Shown piece by piece: positions 55,388 to 63,890 of a stretch of 64,000 nucleotides of DNA. The stretch is from a virus. Below the pieces are notes generated by a model. That model did no database searches and was not told where the DNA came from. It saw nothing but the letters and a program-made list of their open reading frames with translations. Within the stretch, counting starts at the first letter, position 1. Each line of letters starts with the position of its first letter. Location of the stretch: positions 2,954-66,953 of IMG/VR virus record IMGVR_UViG_3300046791_000269; one strand, 5' to 3'. The position numbers were made by a program, and so were the translations under genes.

Positions 55388-55391
55388 GTGT

Positions 55392-55526
55392 TTATTTCCC
55401 TTGTGTGAATGTCTCAGGAAGAATTGACGCTCGAGTGCACTCCCGCCCCGCCTCAAGCCTCCCGAGCTGGTACGAGAGGAATACGGCGAGGGCGGCAATC
55501 AGGCACAGGACGGCTCGGTAGATCAT
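55392..55526 (-). CDS. Small membrane peptide (44 aa)
   Basis: MIYRAVLCLIAALAVFLSY; ATGA overlap. Confidence 0.35.
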   Translation of the reverse strand: MIYRAVLCLIAALAVFLSYQLGRLEAGRECTRASILPETFTQGK

Positions 55527-55789
55527 CAGTTGCTCCTCAACTGCCGAATCACCCGGATAGCCTCGCGACGAACGGTCTCCTCGGCGCGGTAGGCGTCCAA
55601 CTCGAGCTGCATCTCGTACGCACGGCGGCGCTCCTCGTGCAGCTCCTCGACAACCTCGTCGCGGTTCTTCATCGCGTCGCGCATGCATTCGCGGGCCAGT
55701 CGCTCGTTCGCGCGCAGGTGGCGGGAGGCGCGGAGTTGCCTGGTGAGGGCGGCTCCGAGGAGAAGGCAAATGAGGGCTAGCGGCATCAT
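55526..55789 (-). CDS. Small membrane plus coiled-coil protein (87 aa)
   Basis: MMPLALICLLLGAALT transmembrane segment, then a charged helix. Confidence 0.4.
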   Translation of the reverse strand: MMPLALICLLLGAALTRQLRASRHLRANERLARECMRDAMKNRDEVVEELHEERRRAYEMQLELDAYRAEETVRREAIRVIRQLRSN

Positions 55790-56016
55790 TTGGGAAGCTC
55801 CACGATTCGCTTGGCAATGCGCGCTCGCTGGTTCTCATCGAAGTTTCGCAGAACGAAATGGACGGCGTCGGCAAGCGACGGGGAAATGTCCGTCTCTGCC
55901 AACAGCTCGCCGTCCGTCGTGTGGTACTGGCGAACCGCTCGGCAACGGTCGTCCGCACTGTCGCCCTCGCCGCGCGTGATCTCGCTCTCGATGACCCGGA
56001 TCAATCGCGGCATCAC
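55786..56016 (-). CDS. Hypothetical protein (76 aa)
   Basis: Track ORF. Confidence 0.4.
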   Translation of the reverse strand: MMPRLIRVIESEITRGEGDSADDRCRAVRQYHTTDGELLAETDISPSLADAVHFVLRNFDENQRARIAKRIVELPK

Positions 56017-56170
56017 GAGACCCCCAGTGACGCGCGTTCACTCGGCATCCGCACACGTGGATTCCGTTCAGCACGAGCGCCACGCTGAACATCGGTGCGC
56101 ATGACTTGCGCGACACGGTGGCGCCGGTCCGCGTATACGAGGCGCGATGCCCTAAAAAAAGTACTAAGGA

Positions 56171-56521
56171 TCATCCCGTATGCCTCCGTGATTGCGACGC
56201 TTCTTGCCTCTTGCGGCGAAGCTCCTCGAGTGCCCAACGTGGCGGCAGACACTTGGTCATCGAGGTATCGCGCCAGTGCCTCAAAGCGCCTTCCGTCACG
56301 CCGATGAGACGCGCCGCTTTCGACTGCTCGCCGATGCTCGCGACGCCACTAAGGAACAGCTCGCGCTCGAGTTCAGCTTTCGAGACGCGATCGTGATCGG
56401 CACGCAGCTTGCTGATGCGAAGATGAGTAGACGATGACGACGAACACTTGCGCAGCGGTCCCGACGCCGGAACGAACGGCGCCGCGAGTTGAGCGACGAG
56501 CTTGTCGATGCGATCGCTCAT
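56171..56521 (-). CDS. Putative HTH regulator (about 116 aa)
   Basis: KAARLIGVTEGALRHW helix-turn-helix-like segment. Confidence 0.4.
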   Translation of the reverse strand: MSDRIDKLVAQLAAPFVPASGPLRKCSSSSSTHLRISKLRADHDRVSKAELERELFLSGVASIGEQSKAARLIGVTEGALRHWRDTSMTKCLPPRWALEELRRKRQEASQSRRHTG

Positions 56522-56823
56522 CGCGCACCACCGTTCTTGTGCGTGACGACGATCCGGCACAGGTGTCGGATGAACGGGACGCGCAGTCGTTGCGATCGCA
56601 ACACCGTGTCCGAGTTGACGGGAACTTTCCCCGAAACCCAGCGCTGGACGGTGCTAACAGAAATGTCCATCGATCTCGCGGCCATTGCCTGCGAAAATCG
56701 AGTTGTCCCCAGGGCGTACGCAATAGATCGCAGCGTCCATGCTTGGGGTATTTCACCCCTGACATTCTTCGGCCTTGCGGCGCGACGGTGCGTCTTGCTA
56801 CGTTCCCGTGTTCTACTCATCAC
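56518..56823 (-). CDS. HTH DNA-binding regulator (101 aa)
   Basis: MAARSMDISVSTVQRWVSGK. Confidence 0.45.
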   Translation of the reverse strand: MMSRTRERSKTHRRAARPKNVRGEIPQAWTLRSIAYALGTTRFSQAMAARSMDISVSTVQRWVSGKVPVNSDTVLRSQRLRVPFIRHLCRIVVTHKNGGAR

Positions 56824-56917
56824 AACTCAGGGGCTTTAGATGGGATTCGCGGAAATCATTGCGGCGAGATACGAACTGGACAGGCTGAGGGTAGAGCGAC
56901 AACAGGGGCGGCCGGAC

Positions 56918-57151
56918 TCACGCGGCTGGCTTGTTGGCGGAATGGTCGGGATTCGGGACTGGCTCGTCCCACCAGTGCATTGGGATGCGCTTGACGCTCC
57001 AGAACCGCTTTCGGACGTCCATGCCGGGGACGCGCTCCCCGCTGAGGATCCGCCCGAGGTACCCTTGGTCCACCTCGACGAGTTCCGCGAGACGCGCCTT
57101 CGAGCCGCGGGCCGCGACAGACCTGCTGAGTTTTCGAGCCGCACGGTTCAC
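56918..57151 (-). CDS. Cro-like XRE-family HTH regulator, first gene of the leftward operon, probably leaderless
   Basis: KARLAELVEVDQGYLGRILSGERVPG HTH motif. GTG start at 57151 lies 7 nt downstream of the -10 TAGACT. Confidence 0.55.
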   Translation of the reverse strand: MNRAARKLSRSVAARGSKARLAELVEVDQGYLGRILSGERVPGMDVRKRFWSVKRIPMHWWDEPVPNPDHSANKPAA

Positions 57152-57158
57152 GATGGGC

Positions 57159-57187
57159 AGTCTATGCCCCTAGGGCAACTTGTCAAG
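57159..57187 (-). promoter_or_regulatory. Leftward early promoter/operator (PL/OL-like): -35 TTGACA (57186-57181), 16-nt spacer, -10 TAGACT; operator 14-mer CTTGACAAGTTGCC plus CTAGGG
   Basis: Read directly. Twin of the site at 57642-57671 in inverted orientation. Confidence 0.55.
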
Positions 57188-57220
57188 AGGGCAAGCCATG
57201 GACGGTGGCAAGCTAGCGAA

Positions 57221-57586
57221 ATGCCAAGCGCAAAAACTTCTCGCGGCGGTGGCGGCGTGAAGGAAATTGGTCCGCGCTTTCGGGTTGCGAGGAAACGGCT
57301 AGGGCTGACGCAGACCGATTTTTGCGCCCCGCTCGACCTCAGCGAGACCGCGCTTTCCCGCTTCGAGACCGGCAAGCGCGGCATCCAGAGCGACAAGCTG
57401 CTCGCCCTTCTGCGTATCGCCGCCGAGCGCGGCATGAATGTGGACGGTTTCGTCCTACGTGGTCAGGGCGAACCAGTGCGTGCGGGGTCGGAGTCCGAGA
57501 TGCTTGAACGCATCCTGAAGACCGTGGAGGGCCTGCGACCCGATGAAGAAGCTCCACACGCGGCCCCCAGGCGCGCCAGCAAATGA
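57221..57586 (+). CDS. XRE-family HTH repressor candidate (CI-like), lacking a peptidase domain
   Basis: RKRLGLTQTDFCAPLDLSETALSRFETGKRGIQSDKLLALLRIA HTH motif. Located between the two operator copies. Start is uncertain (57164 or 57221). Confidence 0.6.
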   Translation: MPSAKTSRGGGGVKEIGPRFRVARKRLGLTQTDFCAPLDLSETALSRFETGKRGIQSDKLLALLRIAAERGMNVDGFVLRGQGEPVRAGSESEMLERILKTVEGLRPDEEAPHAAPRRASK

Positions 57587-57641
57587 GAGGCTAATAGTTT
57601 CGGGCACATAGGAAAAATCGACGCGGGGCCAACGTTGCCGC

Positions 57642-57671
57642 CTTGACAAGTTGCCGCTAGGGCAATATGGT
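57642..57671 (+). promoter_or_regulatory. Rightward early promoter/operator (PR/OR-like): TTGACA-17 nt-TATGGT with the operator CTTGACAAGTTGCC-G-CTAGGG overlapping the -35 and spacer
   Basis: Near-consensus σ70 hexamers. The ATG at 57678 lies at the predicted transcription start site, so the first gene is leaderless. Confidence 0.6.
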
Positions 57672-57677
57672 CTGGGC

Positions 57678-57863
57678 ATGGTTACCGCGCTCACCAAAGC
57701 CCGCATCCGAACGACCCTCATCCTGAACGGCACTGAGCTCCCGAGCTGCTTCGCCGACAGCACCATCTCGGCGCTCTGCAACGTGCTCGACCGCAACGCT
57801 GACAAGCGGACGGTCCGCAGGCTCAGCGGCAAGGTCGCACGCATCACGACGGTGTCGCCGTGA
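57678..57863 (+). CDS. First rightward early gene (61 aa), probably leaderless
   Basis: ATG 7 nt after the -10; internal start of track ORF 57651-57863. Confidence 0.45.
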   Translation: MVTALTKARIRTTLILNGTELPSCFADSTISALCNVLDRNADKRTVRRLSGKVARITTVSP

Positions 57864-58045
57864 GCACGACACGGCCTGCCACTCCGTCCGACCAGCTACC
57901 GGTCGCGCTTCTCGGCATCGAGATACCGCCCTCGCCGAGACTGCCCCGCGGCTGTTTGTTCGTCGTCGGCCTGCCTGTCAGTGCGGCGAGTCCGAGGGTG
58001 ATCGAGTGCAGTGGTGAATTGCTGAGCGATCGGCGGGTGGCGTGA
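57860..58045 (+). CDS. Hypothetical early protein (61 aa)
   Basis: Translationally coupled. Confidence 0.3.
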   Translation: MSTTRPATPSDQLPVALLGIEIPPSPRLPRGCLFVVGLPVSAASPRVIECSGELLSDRRVA

Positions 58046-58305
58046 TGGCTCGCCGCACTCCCGCTGCCCGTGCCCTTGTTGGCGCTCTCGCTCTCCGTGA
58101 CGGAGCGACAACGAACCAGGCATTCAAGCTCGCCGGCTACGGCCTCATCATCGCGAGCCCCGAGACATCGAACCACAGTGCGCGGCTCGTCATGCGCCGC
58201 AACCACATCGTGTTCCGTAGCCGCAACGCCTTCATCGCGTCGGCCTGGCTCCTGAAGCTCGGCCAGAAGCTCGAATCGCTCGGCGTTGGAAAGGTTGCCG
58301 CGTGA
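58042..58305 (+). CDS. Hypothetical early protein (87 aa)
   Basis: ATGA coupling. Confidence 0.4.
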   Translation: MMARRTPAARALVGALALRDGATTNQAFKLAGYGLIIASPETSNHSARLVMRRNHIVFRSRNAFIASAWLLKLGQKLESLGVGKVAA

Positions 58306-58595
58306 TGATCACCTCCCAGCGCGCCACCCTCCCCGACGGCCGCCCCGTGACCCTGACCTGGGAAGTCTCGCTCATCCGACTCGACCCGGCGACACAGGGG
58401 GACGGGTGGGCGGTGGACGAGGTTCTCTCGCTCGACGCCAAGACCGACGACGGCATCCCGGCCGAAGTGTCGGACGAGTGGATCCAGGAACAGCGCGACA
58501 TCCTCGACCCCGACGAGCTCGCCAGCGAAGCGGCCGACGATGCTTGCGACGGGCCGGATTACGACGAGCGCGAGCCGATGGGGTGGAGCCCATGA
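58302..58595 (+). CDS. Hypothetical acidic early protein (97 aa)
   Basis: ATGA coupling. Confidence 0.4.
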   Translation: MMITSQRATLPDGRPVTLTWEVSLIRLDPATQGDGWAVDEVLSLDAKTDDGIPAEVSDEWIQEQRDILDPDELASEAADDACDGPDYDEREPMGWSP

Positions 58596-58663
58596 TCGCC
58601 CGCGCATTCCTCCTCGTTGAAACCGTCCTGATTCTGCTCGTCCTTTTCGCGAGGCACCAATGA
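58592..58663 (+). CDS. Tiny hydrophobic peptide (23 aa)
   Basis: MIARAFLLVETVLILLVLFARHQ. Not in the ORF track. Confidence 0.25.
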   Translation: MIARAFLLVETVLILLVLFARHQ

Positions 58664-58944
58664 CCGAGCTATCCCAAATCCTCCGCTCCGCCGCTGCCGA
58701 ACTCGGCCGGTCCGAGAAGCGGCTGCTGGACGAGGCGCGCGTCAGTCTGCTCGTCGAGGCGGCACACGGGCTCGCCATGGCCGGCGGTCTCGATCCGGAC
58801 GTTCACGCCGTTGCGATCCTCGAGTCCTGGCAGCGCGCCGGTAGCGAGCACTGGGCCCGGCTGTTCGTGCTGTGCGGGATCAAGCCTGATGCGGACGTTC
58901 GGGATGGGGTGATGCGGGAGCTTGGGCGGAGGGCTGGACGATGA
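58660..58944 (+). CDS. Hypothetical early protein (94 aa)
   Basis: Coupled. Confidence 0.4.
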   Translation: MTELSQILRSAAAELGRSEKRLLDEARVSLLVEAAHGLAMAGGLDPDVHAVAILESWQRAGSEHWARLFVLCGIKPDADVRDGVMRELGRRAGR

Positions 58945-59186
58945 GCTACTCCGTATCCTGGGGCTACTGCGCGGAAAGCGGCGCGACCGTGCCGACGCTG
59001 GACGCAGCGATCATCGTCGCGCTGACCGTCTGGCACGAGTACGGCGGAAAGATGCCGCGAATGTCCGTCCCGCCGCGCATTGCCAACGACGACCGGGTTG
59101 ACGGTGACTGGGATGGCGAGCGCTACCGGTTCTTTGACGGTCTCGACGACGACGAGCGGGAACGCTTGGAAATGGCTGGGTTATGA
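58941..59186 (+). CDS. Hypothetical early protein (81 aa)
   Basis: Coupled. Confidence 0.4.
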   Translation: MSYSVSWGYCAESGATVPTLDAAIIVALTVWHEYGGKMPRMSVPPRIANDDRVDGDWDGERYRFFDGLDDDERERLEMAGL

Positions 59187-59572
59187 GGCCGCTATCCCAA
59201 CCCAATCAGCGCTGGAAGATCAGTCGCGAGATGCGCCGCCATCCGCAGTTCCCGACGCATGACTACATCCCTGAACGAATCCACCAGCCGACAGGCAAGG
59301 AGTTGGCGCGCCTCGAGAAGAGCAATCACCGGGAGGCGCTCTACGACGTGCTCGGCGGGCGCTGTTGGTACTGCCACGACATCGCGGACCCGCTGACGAT
59401 CGACCACTTCGTCGCCGTGTCGAAGGGCGGAGCTGACTCGCTCGAAAACATGGTTCCGGCGTGCGAATCGTGCAACCGGCTCAAGGGCAGCCACCCGGCC
59501 GATCATTTCCTGTTCAAGACGGTGCGCAAGGATCCGCGATTCGATGCGGCGCGACGACGGGTGTCACCATGA
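59183..59572 (+). CDS. HNH endonuclease
   Basis: CWYCHDIADPLTIDHFVAVSKGGADSLENMVPACESCNRLKG. Confidence 0.75.
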   Translation: MRPLSQPNQRWKISREMRRHPQFPTHDYIPERIHQPTGKELARLEKSNHREALYDVLGGRCWYCHDIADPLTIDHFVAVSKGGADSLENMVPACESCNRLKGSHPADHFLFKTVRKDPRFDAARRRVSP

Positions 59573-59766
59573 CCGAGTGGGTCGTCCGCCGCGTCAACGC
59601 CAAAAGGCAGACCGGTTTCGGCTCGGCCGGTGAGATCGCGACCGCAACGTTCGCCAGGCTCGTCGAGAACGCGAAGGACAGCGGCGAGACGGAGACGTTC
59701 GAGCTCGAGAAAGATGGTGAGGTTGTGTCGCGGGCGATCGTGCCGGCGAGGAAAGGAGCGGACTGA
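59569..59766 (+). CDS. Hypothetical protein (65 aa)
   Basis: Internal ATG with ATGA overlap. Confidence 0.35.
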   Translation: MTEWVVRRVNAKRQTGFGSAGEIATATFARLVENAKDSGETETFELEKDGEVVSRAIVPARKGAD

Positions 59767-59857
59767 CGGCCAGAAGCGGGTCCAGGCGATGCGACGTGCT
59801 CCCCCCTCACGTCCCGCCTGGCCCGGCTTGTGGCCACCGAGTCCGAACGGAGAGCAA

Positions 59858-60028
59858 ATGATCTACCGCGTAATTCTCCAGCGTGCCGTCTCCGAAGAGG
59901 CCGCAATCGAAATCGAGGCTGGGTCTCCCGAGGAGGCCGAGGACACCGCGCGCACCCGCGAGTCAGACGGGATGGTTGCGTGGGTGAAGACGCACGAGGA
60001 AGTGGAGGCGCTCGCATGTCCAACGTGA
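59858..60028 (+). CDS. Small acidic protein (56 aa)
   Basis: Internal ATG (MIYRVILQ..). Confidence 0.3.
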   Translation: MIYRVILQRAVSEEAAIEIEAGSPEEAEDTARTRESDGMVAWVKTHEEVEALACPT

Positions 60029-60870
60029 AACCCGGCATCTACCCCCGCGGCACCATCGACTACGACGCGATCGACGCCGTGAACTTTAGCTCGCTAAAAG
60101 AACTGGCCCATTCGCCGAAGCGGTATCAGCACCGGAAGAAGCACGGGCGGAAGGCTACGCGATCGATGGAACGCGGGACGGCTGCCCACACTGCCCTGCT
60201 CGAGCCCGACCGTTTCTTCCGTGACTACGCCGTTTTCGGCCTCGACAAGAAGCGAGGATCGAAGGAGTGGAGCGCGTTCGAGGCTGCGAACCCGGGCAAG
60301 GAAATCCTCAAGCTCGCCGAGTACGAGGAGGCCATCACGGTTGCCGCCGCCGTCCGCGCCGACCCCATCGCCATGCGCTACCTCGAGAACGGGATGCCCG
60401 AGGTGGCGCTCGTGTGGACCGACAAGGAGACGGGTACTCAGTGCAAGGGACGTGTCGATTGGCTCGACGACATCGGCCGCGTGATACCCGACATCAAGGG
60501 CGCGCGGAACATCGAGTCCCATGCATTTTGGCGGCAGGGCGCCGCGCTAAATTACCATACCCAGGCGGCTTTCTATGCCTCGGGGTACCACGCGATCACC
60601 GGCCACGAGCCGACGTCCAAGATCATCGCCGTCGAGTTCGAGCCGCCGCACGACGTGGTCGTCTACAACATGACGGAAGAGGTTCTCGACAAGGGGCGCG
60701 AGGAGTACCGGCGGCTACTCCTGAAGCTCATCGGCTGCCAGGACGACAACCGGTGGCCGGGCTACGCGAACAACTGCGAGCTCGATGCGCAACTGCCCGC
60801 TTGGATGATGACGGACGACGACGATTTGGACGGGCTCGACCTCGACATGGGTGAGGCCGCCGCTGAGTAA
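60016..60870 (+). CDS. PD-(D/E)xK recombination exonuclease (lambda Exo / YqaJ-like)
   Basis: GRVDWLDDIGRVIPDIKGARN D..E.K core; about 285 aa; early-operon position. Confidence 0.6.
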   Translation: MSNVKPGIYPRGTIDYDAIDAVNFSSLKELAHSPKRYQHRKKHGRKATRSMERGTAAHTALLEPDRFFRDYAVFGLDKKRGSKEWSAFEAANPGKEILKLAEYEEAITVAAAVRADPIAMRYLENGMPEVALVWTDKETGTQCKGRVDWLDDIGRVIPDIKGARNIESHAFWRQGAALNYHTQAAFYASGYHAITGHEPTSKIIAVEFEPPHDVVVYNMTEEVLDKGREEYRRLLLKLIGCQDDNRWPGYANNCELDAQLPAWMMTDDDDLDGLDLDMGEAAAE

Positions 60871-60920
60871 CGCCCACGGTCATGGTGACCAAGGCATGCA
60901 ACCAATAGGAGAACACGAAC

Positions 60921-61325
60921 ATGGGAAAGCCAGTTGATTGGGATGAATTGTACCCGGGTCGCTTCATCAAGGCGGGCGAGTTCAAGGGCAAGCGCCCGAC
61001 GCTCACCATCAAAGACGTAGACGTCGAGCTGCTCGCGGGCGACGATGGGAAGGAAAAGACGAAAGGCATCATCTCATTCGTCGAAACTCCGAAGCAACTC
61101 CCGCTCAACAAGACGAACGGAATTTGCTTGCGGGCAATGTTCGGTCGCAAAGTCCAGGAGTGGGTCGGTAAACGCGTGACGCTCTACGCCGACAAGTGGA
61201 ACGGCGAGGAAGCAACGCGCGTCTGGGGTAGCCCGGACATCAAGGAGGATCAGGCCGTCGAGGTGAAGCTCCCGAGGAAGAAGCCGATCGTCATGACCAT
61301 GCACACGAAAGCCGAGGCAGCGTGA
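60921..61325 (+). CDS. Hypothetical basic protein (134 aa)
   Basis: Track ORF with good composition. Confidence 0.45.
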   Translation: MGKPVDWDELYPGRFIKAGEFKGKRPTLTIKDVDVELLAGDDGKEKTKGIISFVETPKQLPLNKTNGICLRAMFGRKVQEWVGKRVTLYADKWNGEEATRVWGSPDIKEDQAVEVKLPRKKPIVMTMHTKAEAA

Positions 61326-61606
61326 TGGCAACCGCAAAACCCCCAATCGAGCCGACGCCAACCCCCGCGAAACGCCGCACCCCGACCCAGGTTCAGCGCG
61401 AACGTTTGCAGGAGCGGATCGAGCGCATCAAGGCCGATGCGAGGCGTGCCGAGCGAGATGCGATCACAGAGATCCAAGACAACGCGGCCTCGGAGATCAG
61501 CAAGAAGATCGACAACGCCAAGAACCGCGTGGCGAACCGGTTCGGCATGAAGCTCCAGCCGCTCGAGAAGATGCTGGCAGCGCTAGCACCGGAGCTCCCC
61601 GAATGA
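61322..61606 (+). CDS. Hypothetical coiled-coil protein (94 aa)
   Basis: Coupled. Confidence 0.4.
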   Translation: MMATAKPPIEPTPTPAKRRTPTQVQRERLQERIERIKADARRAERDAITEIQDNAASEISKKIDNAKNRVANRFGMKLQPLEKMLAALAPELPE

Positions 61607-62367
61607 CTCCCTCCCCAAAACCCGAAGACCGGCTGTTTGAGGGCGACAACGTCTGCGCGCTGTGTGGCGGCCGTGGCGATCGTCTCTGCGACCAGGACGG
61701 CTTCGAAGGGTTCATGTATTGCAACGGGTGCAGCGCAAGAGTCGGATCGCGCAATCCGTCTGCTGCCGATCCGCCGCGTGGTGTGTACGCCGAATACCTC
61801 CGCCGCCGTTCCCTCGCCGCGAACCCGAAGCCCGCCGTGGAGAAGTACGCCGACTTTCCCGATGACATGAGGGAACTGCTCGACGAGGCTCGGTGGGCCC
61901 ACAGCAGTCTCGTCGATGCCTTGGCCGAAAACCGAGTCTACCCACGCGAGGACGCCCGGCGAATGCTCGAACCCGCCACACCTCCCACCGCTCCGGCAGC
62001 CGAGTCGAAGGGGCGCATCATCTACTGTCAGGACTGCGGGTTATCGGTGCCGTACGTCGATTCGTGGATCATGCCCGGAGAAAAGCCGACGTGTCGTGAG
62101 TGCCACTGGAAGAAGAGTGGCGCGCGCGGAGTCGAGTCGAATCCGAAGAAGCGGCCGGACCCGTACGCGAATTTCCCGCACGGCATGAACGAGGCACAGG
62201 TGGCCATCGCGACGGCCGGCCAAGACCTCGCCTACCGCCGCCGCGTCCAGGTCGATTCGCTGCTGCGGGACATGGGGCGGCCGATGGTGAGAAGGGACAA
62301 GATGGGGCGCGAGGTGGTGCCGTGGGTTGGGTGGGTTTCGACGCAACACGCGAAAGGAGGCAAGTGA
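61603..62367 (+). CDS. Zinc-ribbon-containing protein (254 aa)
   Basis: CALCGGRGDRLCD..CNGC and CQDCG..CRECH. Confidence 0.45.
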   Translation: MTPSPKPEDRLFEGDNVCALCGGRGDRLCDQDGFEGFMYCNGCSARVGSRNPSAADPPRGVYAEYLRRRSLAANPKPAVEKYADFPDDMRELLDEARWAHSSLVDALAENRVYPREDARRMLEPATPPTAPAAESKGRIIYCQDCGLSVPYVDSWIMPGEKPTCRECHWKKSGARGVESNPKKRPDPYANFPHGMNEAQVAIATAGQDLAYRRRVQVDSLLRDMGRPMVRRDKMGREVVPWVGWVSTQHAKGGK

Positions 62368-62969
62368 TGCCGACAGGATACACCGCCGAATTGAGCGAAA
62401 AGGCCCAGTCTTTCGAGGCGTTCGTGTGGGGATGCGCTCGGGCGTTCGGTGCTCTGGTTCTCATGCGTGATGACCCGAGCGACAAGCCGGTGCCGGAGAA
62501 GCTGGAGGAGCAATCGTTCTACGTGGGGCAGCTAGCGAAGACTAAGAGCGAGCTTGCCGAGTGGGACGGTTCCGGAGAAGTACAGCGCCGCGCCATGTAC
62601 GAGGCGCAGAAGCTAGCCGACGCGCAAACGGCCGAGCGGTACCGGGAGAGGGCTCGGGCCACGGTTGCTCGTTACAGGGCGATGGTCGAGCGCGTGAGGG
62701 GCTGGGAGCCGCCGAGCTCGGAACACACAGAGCTTCGGAAGTTCATGCTCGAGCAGCTCGCCACGTCGATTGAACACGACGGGTGGGAGTACTCGCCAAC
62801 GCCGCTCCCTGAATTCTCGGCGTGGACGGAGAAGCACCGTAAGAGCCTGGTAGACGACCTCGCGCGCTATGCAGGCGAAGTCGAAAAGGAGCGGGACCGA
62901 AACGAATCACGCCAGCGCTGGGTTGACCAGCTACGAGCGTCGGTGCCGCAACCGTCGGCCTCCCCATGA
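62367..62969 (+). CDS. Hypothetical protein (200 aa)
   Basis: Internal ATG overlapping the upstream stop. Confidence 0.45.
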   Translation: MPTGYTAELSEKAQSFEAFVWGCARAFGALVLMRDDPSDKPVPEKLEEQSFYVGQLAKTKSELAEWDGSGEVQRRAMYEAQKLADAQTAERYRERARATVARYRAMVERVRGWEPPSSEHTELRKFMLEQLATSIEHDGWEYSPTPLPEFSAWTEKHRKSLVDDLARYAGEVEKERDRNESRQRWVDQLRASVPQPSASP

Positions 62970-63472
62970 CCTCCCCACCGAAACGCGCCGCGAAGGGCCG
63001 GAAGCACGAGCCCTGGACGCACTTCCACGACATGCACAGTGGCGGCGGTCAAAAGCTCGACTGGGGGAACATCTTCATCGAAGGCGACGAGGCGACGGCG
63101 CGGGGGATCTTCACTAAGCGTTTCGGGCGCGACCCGGACAACGTGACGTGTTACTGCTGCGGCCCGGACTACTCGGTAACGGAGTCTAGATCGTTGCGGC
63201 TAGCCACTGCGTTCAGCCGCGGATGCCGCTATCTCAGAACTCCGCGCGACGCGACTGGGCGGTACGTCGAGCCGACAGACCCGGCGTTTCGGGATCACTA
63301 CTATCTAGAGGACGGTGAAGAGCCACCCGCCGGCTTTCAGGTAGACGACAGTCCTCGCTGGAATGGCTACCAGACCCTTGGCGCGTACGTGAAGACGTCG
63401 GGTGTGCTCGTTGTCCGCGCCAGGAAACAGAAACTCCGCGCCGCCAGCAAGCCGAAAAGGAGAACGCGATGA
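62966..63472 (+). CDS. Hypothetical protein (168 aa)
   Basis: Coupled. Confidence 0.45.
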   Translation: MTSPPKRAAKGRKHEPWTHFHDMHSGGGQKLDWGNIFIEGDEATARGIFTKRFGRDPDNVTCYCCGPDYSVTESRSLRLATAFSRGCRYLRTPRDATGRYVEPTDPAFRDHYYLEDGEEPPAGFQVDDSPRWNGYQTLGAYVKTSGVLVVRARKQKLRAASKPKRRTR

Positions 63473-63675
63473 GTAAAAAGAAGACCGCCACGATTCAGCT
63501 CTACTGCAAGGAGCCGGACGAGTTTGGCAATCTGATTGAGGATCTCGGACTGTCGGAAACTAAGGCAGACGCACACTTCGAATTCGGCGAGTACGCAACG
63601 CTGGAACTAACGATCGACTCTGACCTGCGCGTCGTCGGTGGGCGCGTCGTGCCGTTGAACGTGAGAAAGCGATGA
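63469..63675 (+). CDS. Hypothetical protein (68 aa)
   Basis: Coupled. Confidence 0.4.
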   Translation: MSKKKTATIQLYCKEPDEFGNLIEDLGLSETKADAHFEFGEYATLELTIDSDLRVVGGRVVPLNVRKR

Positions 63676-63890
63676 GCGAGCCGAAGACCGTCCGGGTGAG
63701 GATCGCGGTGGCGGTTGATGCTAACAGCAACTGGTTTTCGGCTGGAGGATCGGAACCCTGTAGCGACAAGGAACTTTTCCTTGATGCGCTTCGAGAGGTG
63801 GATGACGGCGCGAAGCTCTACTGGCTGACCGCCGACCTCCCAATCCCGACCGTCGCCGAAGTTCCAGCCGAAGGAGAGGAGAGCAAATGA
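63672..63890 (+). CDS. Hypothetical protein (72 aa)
   Basis: Coupled. Confidence 0.4.
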   Translation: MSEPKTVRVRIAVAVDANSNWFSAGGSEPCSDKELFLDALREVDDGAKLYWLTADLPIPTVAEVPAEGEESK

